Below the pieces are notes generated by a model. It saw only the letters and a list, made by a program, of their open reading frames with translations, was not told where the DNA came from and made no database searches. A stretch of DNA of 64,000 bases. Source: Balanoglossus misakiensis. Its lineage: Eukaryota; Animalia; Hemichordata. The position numbers and the translations under genes were made by a program. Position 1 is the stretch's first letter; the number at the start of each line of letters is the position of its first letter. The stretch covers positions 8,472,390-8,536,389 of the forward strand of contig CM082580.2 of the NCBI GenBank assembly GCA_040954595.2, read 5' to 3'. This document shows, in pieces, positions 36,601-48,600 of this stretch.

Positions 36601-39600
36601 TTTTATCAAAAAATGACCAAATTTTGAAAATTCGCAAAGTCGAAAAATCGTCGATTCTGGATGATTTTCATGGGCTATAACCCATGGTTTTTATCAAAAA
36701 ATGACCAAATTTTGAAAATTCGCAAAGTCGAAAAATCGTCGATTCTGGATGATTTTCATGGGCTATAACCCATGGTTTTTATCAAAAAATGACAAAATTT
36801 TGAAAATTCGCAAAGTCGAAAAATCGTCGATTCTGGATGATTTTCATGGGCTATAACCCATGGTTTTTATCAAAAAATGACCAAATTTTGAAAATTCGCA
36901 AAGTCGAAAAATCGTCGATTCTGGATGATTTTCATGGGCTATAACCCATGGTTTTTATCAAAAAATGACCAAATTTTGAAAATTCGCAAAGTCGAAAAAT
37001 CGTCGATTCTGGATGATTTTCATGGGCTATAACCCATGGTTTTTATCAAAAAATGTCCAAATTTTGAAAATTCGCAAAGTCGAAAAATCGTCGATTCTGG
37101 ATGATTTTCATGGGCTATAACCCATGGTTTTTATCAAAAAATGACCAAATTTTGAAAATTCGCAAAGTCGAAAAATCGTCGATTCTGGATGATTTTCATG
37201 GGCTATAACCCATGTTTTTTATCAAAAAATGTCCAAATTTTGAAAATTCGCAAAGTCGAAAAATCGTCGATTCTGGATGATTTTCATGGGCTATAACCCA
37301 TGGTTTTTATCAAAAAAAGACCAAATTTTGAAAATTCGCAAAGTCGAAAAATCGTCGATTCTGGATGATTTTCATGGGCTATAACCCATGGTTTTTATCA
37401 AAAAATGACCAAATTTTGAAAATTCGCAAAGTCGAAAAATCGTCGATTCTGGATGATTTTCATGGGCTATAACCCATGGTTTTTATCAAAAAATGACCAA
37501 ATTTTGAAAATTCGCAAAGTCGAAAAATCGTCGATTCTGGATGATTTTCATGGGCTATAACCCATGGTTTTTATCAAAAAATGACCAAATTTTGAAAATT
37601 CGCAAAGTCGAAAAATCGTCGATTCTGGATGATTTTCATGGGCTATAACCCATGGTTTTTATCAAAAAATGACCAAATTTTGAAAATTCGCAAAGTCGAA
37701 AAATCGTCGATTCTGGATGATTTTCATTGGCTATCACCCATGGTTTTTATCAAAAAATGACCAAATTATGAAAATTCGCAAAGTCGAAAAATCGTCGATT
37801 CTGGATGATTTTCATGGGCTATAACCCATGGTTTTTATCAAAAAATGACCAAATTTCGAGATTTCGCAAAGTCGAAATATCGTCGATTCTGGATGATTTT
37901 CATGGGCTATAACCCATGGTTTTTATCAAAAAATGACCAAATTTTGAAAATTCGCAAAGTCGAAAAATCGTCGATTCTGGATGATTTTCATGGGCTATAA
38001 CCCATGGTTTTTATCAAAAAATGACCAAATTTTGAAAATTCGCAAAGTCGAAAAATCGTCGATTCTGGATGATTTTCATGGGCTATAACCCATGGTTTTT
38101 ATCAAAAAATGACCAAATTTTGAAAATTCGCAAAGTCGAAAAATCGTCGATTCTGGATGATTTTCATGGGCTATAACCCATGGTTTTTATCAAAAAATGA
38201 CCAAATTTTGAAAATTCGCAAAGTCGAAAAATCGTCGATTCTGGATGATTTTCATGGGCTATAACCCATGGTTTTTATCAAAAAATGACAAAATTTTGAA
38301 AATTCGCAAAGTCGAAAAATCGTCGATTCTGGATGATTTTCATGGGCTATAACCCATGGTTTTTATCAAAAAATGACCAAATTTTGAAAATTCGCAAAGT
38401 CGAAAAATCGTCGATTCTGGATGATTTTCATGGGCTATAACCCATGGTTTTTATCAAAAAATGACCAAATTTTGAAAATTCGCAAAGTCGAAAAATCGTC
38501 GATTCTGGATGATTTTCATGGGCTATAACCCATGGTTTTTATCAAAAAATGTCCAAATTTTGAAAATTCGCAAAGTCGAAAAATCGTCGATTCTGGATGA
38601 TTTTCATGGGCTATAACCCATGGTTTTTATCAAAAAATGACCAAATTTTGAAAATTCGCAAAGTCGAAAAATCGTCGATTCTGGATGATTTTCATGGGCT
38701 ATAACCCATGTTTTTTATCAAAAAATGTCCAAATTTTGAAAATTCGCAAAGTCGAAAAATCGTCGATTCTGGATGATTTTCATGGGCTATAACCCATGGT
38801 TTTTATCAAAAAAAGACCAAATTTTGAAAATTCGCAAAGTCGAAAAATCGTCGATTCTGGATGATTTTCATGGGCTATAACCCATGGTTTTTATCAAAAA
38901 ATGACCAAATTTTGAAAATTCGCAAAGTCGAAAAATCGTCGATTCTGGATGATTTTCATGGGCTATAACCCATGGTTTTTATCAAAAAATGACCAAATTT
39001 TGAAAATTCGCAAAGTCGAAAAATCGTCGATTCTGGATGATTTTCATGGGCTATAACCCATGGTTTTTATCAAAAAATGACCAAATTTTGAAAATTCGCA
39101 AAGTCGAAAAATCGTCGATTCTGGATGATTTTCATGGGCTATAACCCATGGTTTTTATCAAAAAATGACCAAATTTTGAAAATTCGCAAAGTCGAAAAAT
39201 CGTCGATTCTGGATGATTTTCATTGGCTATCACCCATGGTTTTTATCAAAAAATGACCAAATTATGAAAATTCGCAAAGTCGAAAAATCGTCGATTCTGG
39301 ATGATTTTCATGGGCTATCACCCATGGTTTTTATCAAAAAATGACCAAATTTTGAAAATTCGCAAAGTCGAAAAATCGTCGATTCTGGATGATTTTCATG
39401 GGCTATAACCCATGGTTTTTATCAAAAAATGACCAAATTTTGAAAATTCGCAAAGTCGAAAAATCGTCGATTCTGGATGATTTTCATGGGCTATAACCCA
39501 TGGTTTTTATCAAAAAATGACCAAATTTCGAGATTTCGCAAAGTCGAAAAATCGTCGATTCTGGATGATTTTCATGGGCTATAACCCATGGTTTTTACCA

Positions 39601-39627
39601 AAAAATGACAAAATTTCGAGATTTCGC
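24617..39627 (+). repeat. 88-bp satellite, left arm (~170 monomers)
   Basis: Monomer TATAACCCATGGTTTTTATCAAAAAATGACCAAATTTTGAAAATTCGCAAAGTCGAAAAATCGTCGATTCTGGATGATTTTCATGGGC repeated head-to-tail. Two main variants: A (TTTTGAAAATT) and B (TTTCGAGATTT). Confidence 0.99.
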
Positions 39628-42600
39628 AAAATTTTGAAAATTTGGTCATTTTTTGATAAAAACCATGGGTTATAGCCCATGAAAATCATCCAGAATCGAC
39701 GATTTTTCGACTTTGCGAAATCTCGAAATTTGGTCATTTTTTGATACAAACCATGGGTTATAGCCCATGAAAATCATCCAGAATCGACGATTTTTCGACT
39801 TTGCGAATTTTCAAAATTTGGTCATTTTTTGATAAAAACCATGGGTTATAGCCCATGAAAATCATCCAGAATCGACGATTTTTCCACTTTGCGAAATCTC
39901 GAAATTTGGTCATTTTTTGATAAAAACCATGGGTTATAGCCCATGAAAATCATCCAGAATCGACGATTTTTCGACTTTGCGAATTTTCAAAATTTGGTCA
40001 TTTTTTGATAAAAACCATGGGTTATAGCCCATGAAAATCATCCAGAATCGACGATTTTTCGACTTTGCGAATTTTCAAAATTTGGTCATTTTTTGATAAA
40101 AACCATGGGTTATAGCCCATGAAAATCATCCAGAATCGACGATTTTTCGACTTTGCGAAATCTCGAAATTTGGTCATTTTTTGATAAAAACCATGGGTTA
40201 TAGCCCATGAAAATCATCCAGAATCGACGATTTTTCGACTTTGCAAATTTTCAAAATTTGGTCATTTTTTGATAAAAACCATGGGTTATAGCCCATGAAA
40301 ATCATCCAGAATCGACGATTTTTCGACTTTGCGAATTTTCAAAATTTGGTCATTTTTTGATAAAAACCATGGGTTATAGCCCATGAAAATCATCCAGAAT
40401 CGACGATTTTTCGACTTTGCGAATTTTCAAAATTTGGTCATTTTTTGATAAAAACCATGGGTTATAGCCCATGAAAATCATCCAGAATAGACGATTTTTC
40501 GACTTTGTGAATTTTCAAAATTTGGTCATTTTTTGATAAAAACCATGGGTTATAGCCCATGAAAATCATCCAGAATCGACGATTTTTCGACTTTGCGAAT
40601 TTTCAAAATTTGGTCATTTTTTGATAAAAACCATGGGTTATAGCCCATGAAAATCATCCAGAATCGACGATTTTTCGACTTTGCGAATTTTCAAAATTTG
40701 GTCATTTTTTGATAAAAACCATGGGTTATAGCCCATGAAAATCATCCAGAATCGACGATTTTTCGACTTTGCGAAATCTCGAAATTTGGTCATTTTTTGA
40801 TAAAAACCATGGGTTATAGCCCATGAAAATCATCCAGAATCGACGATTTTTCGACTTTGCGAATTTTCAAAATTTGGTCATTTTTTGATAAAAACCATGG
40901 GTTATAGCCCAAGAAAATCATCCAGAATCGACGATTTTTCGACTTTGCGAATTTTCGAAATTTGGTCATTTTTTGATAAAAACCATGGGTTATAGCCCAT
41001 GAAAATCATCCAGAATCGACGATTTTTCGACTTTGCGAATTTTCAAAATTTGGTCATTTTTTGATAAAAACCATGGGTTATAGCCCATGAAAATCATCCA
41101 GAATCGTCGATTTTTCGACTTTGCGAATTTTCAAAATTTGGTCATTTTTTGATAAAAACCATGGGTTATAGCCCATGAAAATCATCCAGAATCGACGATT
41201 TTTCGACTTTGCGAAATCTCGAAATTTGGTCATTTTTTGATAAAAACCATGGGTTATAGCCCATGAAAATCATCCAGAATCGACGATTTTTCGACTTTGC
41301 GAATTTTCAAAATTTGGTCATTTTTTGATAAAAACCATGGGTTATAGCCCATGAAAATCATCCAGAATCGACGATTTTTCGACTTTGCGAATTTTCAAAA
41401 TTTGGTCATTTTTTGATAAAAACCATGGGTTATAGCCCATGAAAATCATCCAGAATCGACGATTTTTCGACTTTGCGAATTTTCAAAATTTGGTCATTTT
41501 TTGATAAAAACCATGGGTTATAGCCCATGAAAATCATCCAGAATCGACGATTTTTCGACTTTGCGAATTTTCAAAATTTGGTCATTTTTTGATAAAAACC
41601 ATGGGTTATAGCCCATGAAAATCATCCAGAATCGACGATTTTTCGACTTTGCAAATTTTCAAAATTTGGTCATTTTTTGATAAAAACCATGGGTTATAGC
41701 CCATGAAAATCATCCAGAATCGACGATTTTTCGACTTTGCGAATTTTCAAAATTTGGTCATTTTTTGATAAAAACCATGGGTTATAGCCCATGAAAATCA
41801 TCCAGAATCGACGATTTTTCGACTTTGCGAATTTTCAAAATTTGGTCATTTTTTGATAAAAACCATGGGTTATAGCCCATGAAAATCATCCAGAATCGAC
41901 GATTTTTCGACTTTGCGAATTTTCAAAATTTGGTCATTTTTTGATAAAAACCATGGGTTATAGCCCATGAAAATCATCCAGAATCGACGATTTTTCGACT
42001 TTGCGAATTTTCAAAATTTGGTCATTTTTTGATAAAAACCATGGGTTATAGCCCATGAAAATCCTCCAGAATCGACGATTTTTCGACTTTGCGAATTTTC
42101 AAAATTTGGTCATTTTTTGATAAAAACCATGGGTTATAGCCCATGAAAATCATCCAGAATCGACGATTTTTCGACTTTGCGAAATCTCGAAATTTGGTCA
42201 TTTTTTGATAAAAACCATGGGTTATAGCCCATGAAAATCATCCAGAATCGACGATTTTTCGACTTTGCGAATTTTCAAAATTTGGTCATTTTTTGATAAA
42301 AACCATGGGTTATAGCCCATGAAAATCATCCAGAATCGACGATTTTTCGACTTTGCGAATTTTCAAAATTTGGTCATTTTTTGATAAAAACCATGGGTTA
42401 TAGCCCATGAAAATCATCCAGAATCGACGATTTTTCGACTTTGCGAATTTTCAAAATTTGGTCATTTTTTGATAAAAACCATGGGTTATAGCCCATGAAA
42501 ATCATCCAGAATCGACGATTTTTCGACTTTGCGAAATCTCGAAATTTGGTCATTTTTTGATAAAAACCATGGGTTATAGCCCATGAAAATCATCCAGAAT

Positions 42601-45600
42601 CGACGATTTTTCGACTTTGCAAATTTTCAAAATTTGGTCATTTTTTGATAAAAACCATGGGTTATAGCCCATGAAAATCATCCAGAATCGACGATTTTTC
42701 GACTTTGCGAATTTTCAAAATTTGTTCATTTTTTGATAAAAACCATGGGTTATAGCCCATGAAAATCATCCAGAATCGACGATTTTTCGACTTTGCAAAT
42801 TTTCAAAATTTGGTCATTTTTTGATAAAAACCATGGGTTATAGCCCATGAAAATCATCCAGAATCGACGATTTTTCGACTTTGCGAATTTTCAAAATTTG
42901 GTCATTTTTTGATAAAAACCATGGGTTATAGCCCATGAAAATCATCCAGAATCGACGATTTTTCGACTTTGCAAATTTTCAAAATTTGGTCATTTTTTGA
43001 TAAAAACCATGGGTTATAGCCCATGAAAATCATCCAGAATCGACGATTTTTCGACTTTGCGAATTTTCAAAATTTGGTCATTTTTTGATAAAAACCATGG
43101 GTTATAGCCCATGAAAATCATCCAGAATCGACGATTTTTCGACTTTGCGAATTTTCAAAATTTGGTCATTTTTTGATAAAAACCATGGGTTATAGCCCAT
43201 GAAAATCATCCAGAATCGACGATTTTTCGACTTTGCGAATTTTCAAAATTTGGTCATTTTTTGATAAAAACCATGGGTTATAGCCCATGAAAATCATCCA
43301 GAATCGACGATTTTTCGACTTTGCGAATTTTCAAAATTTGGTCATTTTTTGATAAAAACCATGGGTTATAGCCCATGAAAATCATCCAGAATCGACGATT
43401 TTTCGACTTTGCGAATTTTCGAAATTTGGTCATTTTTTGATAAAAACCATGGGTTATAGCCCATGAAAATCATCCAGAATCGACGATTTTTCAACTTTGC
43501 GAATTTTCAAAATTTGGTCATTTTTAGATAAAAACCATGGGTTATAGCCCATGAAAATCATCCAGAATCGACGATTTTTCGACATTGCGAATTTTCAGAA
43601 TTTGGTAATTTTTTGATAAAAACCATGGGTTATAGCCCATGAAAATCATCCAGAATCGACGATTTTTCGACTTGGCGAATTTTCAAAATTTGGTAATTTT
43701 TTGATAAAAACCATGGGTTATAGCCCATGAAAATCATCCAGAATCGACGATTTTTCGACTTTGCAAATTTTCAAAATTTGGTCATTTTTTGATAAAAACC
43801 ATGGGTTATAGCCCATGAAAATCATCCAGAATCGACGATTTTTCGACTTTGCAAATTTTCAAAATTTGGTCATTTTTTTATAAAACCATGGGTTATAGCC
43901 CATGAAAATCATCCAGAATCGACGATTTTTCGACTTTGCGAATTTTCAAAATTTGGTCTTTTTTTGATAAAAACCATGGGTTATAGCCCATGAAAATCAT
44001 CCAGAATCGACGATTTTTCCACTTTGCGAAATCTCGAAATTTGGTCATTTTTTGATAAAAACCATGGGTTATAGCCCATGAAAATCATCCAGAATCGACG
44101 ATTTTTCGACTTTGCGAAATCTCGAAATTTGGTCATTTTTTGATAAAAACCATGGGTTATAGCCCATGAAAATAATCCAGAATCGACGATTTTTCGACTT
44201 TGCGAATTTTCAAAATTTGGTCATTTTTTGATAAAAACCATGGGTTATAGCCCATGAAAATCATCCAGAATCGACGATTTTTCGACTTTGCGAATTTTCA
44301 AAATTTTGTCATTTTTTGATAAAAACCATGGGTTATAGCCCATGAAAATCATCCAGAATCGACGATTTTTCGACTTTGCGAATTTTCAAAATTTGGTCAT
44401 TTTTTGATAAAAACCATGGGTTATAGCCCATGAAAATCATCCAGAATCGACGATTTTTCCACTTTGCGAAATCTCGAAATTTGGTCATTTTTTGATAAAA
44501 ACCATGGGTTATAGCCCATGAAAATCATCCAGAATCGACGATTTTTCGACTTTGCGAATTTTCAAAATTTGGTCATTTTTTGATAAAAACCATGGGTTAT
44601 AGCCCATGAAAATCATCCAGAATCGACGATTTTTCGACTTTGCGAATTTTCAAAATTTGGTCATTTTTTGATAAAACCATGGGTTATAGCCCATGAAAAT
44701 CATCCAGAATCGACGATTTTTCGACTTTGCGAATTTTCAAAATTTGGTCTTTTTTTGATAAAAACCATGGGTTATAGCCCATGAAAATCATCCAGAATCG
44801 ACGATTTTTCCACTTTGCGAAATCTCGAAATTTGGTCATTTTTTGATAAAAACCATGGGTTATAGCCCATGAAAATCATCCAGAATCGACGATTTTTCGA
44901 CTTTGCGAAATCTCGAAATTTGGTCATTTTTTGATAAAAACCATGGGTTATAGCCCATGAAAATAATCCAGAATCGACGATTTTTCGACTTTGCGAATTT
45001 TCAAAATTTGGTCATTTTTTGATAAAAACCATGGGTTATAGCCCATGAAAATCATCCAGAATCGACGATTTTTCGACTTTGCGAATTTTCAAAATTTTGT
45101 CATTTTTTGATAAAAACCATGGGTTATAGCCCATGAAAATCATCCAGAATCGACGATTTTTCGACTTTGCGAATTTTCAAAATTTGGTCATTTTTTGATA
45201 AAAACCATGGGTTATAGCCCATGAAAATCATCCAGAATCGACGATTTTTCCACTTTGCGAAATCTCGAAATTTGGTCATTTTTTGATAAAAACCATGGGT
45301 TATAGCCCATGAAAATCATCCAGAATCGACGATTTTTCGACTTTGCGAATTTTCAAAATTTGGTCATTTTTTGATAAAAACCATGGGTTATAGCCCATGA
45401 AAATCATCCAGAATCGACGATTTTTCGACTTTGCGAATTTTCAAAATTTGGTCATTTTTTGATAAAAACCATGGGTTATAGCCCATGAAAATCATCCAGA
45501 ATCGACGATTTTTCGACTTTGCGAATTTTCAAAATTTGGTCTTTTTTTGATAAAAACCATGGGTTATAGCCCATGAAAATCATCCAGAATCGACGATTTT

Positions 45601-48600
45601 TCGACTTTGCGAAATCTCGAAATTTGGTCATTTTTTGATAAAAACCATGGGTTATAGCCCATGAAAATCATCCAGAATCGACGATTTTTCGACTTTGCGA
45701 ATTTTCAAAATTTGGTCATTTTTTTATAAAAACCATGGGTTATAGCCCATGAAAATCATCCAGAATCGACGATTTTTCGACTTTGCGAAATCTCGAAATT
45801 TGGTCATTTTTTGATAAAAACCATGGGTTATAGCCCATGAAAATCATCCAGAATCGACGATTTTTCGACTTTGCGAATTTTCAAAATTTGGTCATTTTTT
45901 GATAAAAACCATGGGTTATAGCCCATGAAAATCATCCAGAATCGACGATTTTTCGACTTTGCGAATTTTCAAAATTTGGTCTTTTTTTGATAAAAACCAT
46001 GGGTTATAGCCCATGAAAATCATCCAGAATCGACGATTTTTCGACTTTGCGAAATCTCGAAATTTGGTCATTTTTTGATAAAAACCATGGGTTATAGCCC
46101 ATGAAAATCATCCAGAATCGACGATTTTTCGACTTTGCGAATTTTCAAAATTTTGTCATTTTTTGATAAAAACCATGGGTTATAGCCCATGAAAATCATC
46201 CAGAATCGACGATTTTTCGACTTTGCGAATTTTCAAAATTTGGTCATTTTTTGATAAAAACCATGGGTTATAGCCCATGAAAATCATCCAGAATCGACGA
46301 TTTTTCCACTTTGCGAAATCTCGAAATTTGGTCATTTTTTGATAAAAACCATGGGTTATAGCCCATGAAAATCATCCAGAATCGACGATTTTTCGACTTT
46401 GCGAATTTTCAAAATTTGGTCATTTTTTGATAAAAACCATGGGTTATAGCCCATGAAAATCATCCAGAATCGACGATTTTTCGACTTTGCGAATTTTCAA
46501 AATTTGGTCATTTTTTGATAAAAACCATGGGTTATAGCCCATGAAAATCATCCAGAATCGACGATTTTTCGACTTTGCGAATTTTCAAAATTTGGTCTTT
46601 TTTTGATAAAAACCATGGGTTATAGCCCATGAAAATCATCCAGAATCGACGATTTTTCGACTTTGCGAAATCTCGAAATTTGGTCATTTTTTGATAAAAA
46701 CCATGGGTTATAGCCCATGAAAATCATCCAGAATCGACGATTTTTCGACTTTGCGAATTTTCAAAATTTGGTCATTTTTTTATAAAAACCATGGGTTATA
46801 GCCCATGAAAATCATCCAGAATCGACGATTTTTCGACTTTGCGAAATCTCGAAATTTGGTCATTTTTTGATAAAAACCATGGGTTATAGCCCATGAAAAT
46901 CATCCAGAATCGACGATTTTTCGACTTTGCGAATTTTCAAAATTTGGTCATTTTTTGATAAAAACCATGGGTTATAGCCCATGAAAATCATCCAGAATCG
47001 ACGATTTTTCGACTTTGCGAATTTTCAAAATTTGGTCTTTTTTTGATAAAAACCATGGGTTATAGCCCATGAAAATCATCCAGAATCGACGATTTTTCGA
47101 CTTTGCGAAATCTCGAAATTTGGTCATTTTTTGATAAAAACCATGGGTTATAGCCCATGAAAATCATCCAGAATCGACGATTTTTCGACTTTGCGAATTT
47201 TCAAAATTTGGTCATTTTTTTATAAAAACCATGGGTTATAGCCCATGAAAATCATCCAGAATCGACGATTTTTCGACTTTGCGAAATCTCGAAATTTGGT
47301 CATTTTTTGATAAAAACCATGGGTTATAGCCCATGAAAATCATCCAGAATCGACGATTTTTCGACTTTGCGAATTTTCGAATTTGGTCATTTTTTGATAA
47401 AAACCATGGGTTATAGCCCATGAAAATCATCCAGAATCGACGATTTTTCGACTTTGCGAATTTTCGAAATTTGGTCATTTTTTGATAAAAACCATGGGTT
47501 ATAGCCCATGAAAATCATCCAGAATCGACGATTTTTCAACTTTGCGAATTTTCAAAATTTGGTCATTTTTTGATAAAAACCATGGGTTATAGCCCATGAA
47601 AATCATCCAGAATCGACGATTTTTCGACATTGCGAATTTTCAGAATTTGGTCATTTTTTGATAAAAACCATGGGTTATAGCCCATGAAAATCATCCAGAA
47701 TCGACGATTTTTCGACTTAGCGAATTTTCAAAATTTGGTAATTTTTTGATAAAAACCATGGGTTATAGCCCATGAAAATCATCCAGAATCGACGATTTTT
47801 CGACTTTGCGAAATCTCGAAATTTGGTCATTTTTTGATAAAAACCATGGGTTATAGCCCATGAAAATCATCCAGAATCGACGATTTTTCGACTTTGCGAA
47901 TTTTCAAAATTTGGTCATTTTTTTATAAAAACCATGGGTTATAGCCCATGAAAATCATCCAGAATCGACGATTTTTCGACTTTGCGAATTTTCAAAATTT
48001 GGTCTTTTTTTGATAAAAACCATGGGTTATAGCCCATGAAAATCATCCAGAATCGACGATTTTTCGACTTTGCGAAATCTCGAAATTTGGTCATTTTTTG
48101 ATAAAAACCATGGGTTATAGCCCATGAAAATCATCCAGAATCGACGATTTTTCGACTTTGCGAATTTTCAAAATTTGGTCATTTTTTTATAAAAACCATG
48201 GGTTATAGCCCATGAAAATCATCCAGAATCGACGATTTTTCGACTTTGCGAAATCTCGAAATTTGGTCATTTTTTGATAAAAACCATGGGTTATAGCCCA
48301 TGAAAATCATCCAGAATCGACGATTTTTCGACTTTGCGAATTTTCGAATTTGGTCATTTTTTGATAAAAACCATGGGTTATAGCCCATGAAAATCATCCA
48401 GAATCGACGATTTTTCGACTTTGCGAATTTTCGAAATTTGGTCATTTTTTGATAAAAACCATGGGTTATAGCCCATGAAAATCATCCAGAATCGACGATT
48501 TTTCAACTTTGCGAATTTTCAAAATTTGGTCATTTTTTGATAAAAACCATGGGTTATAGCCCATGAAAATCATCCAGAATCGACGATTTTTCGACATTGC

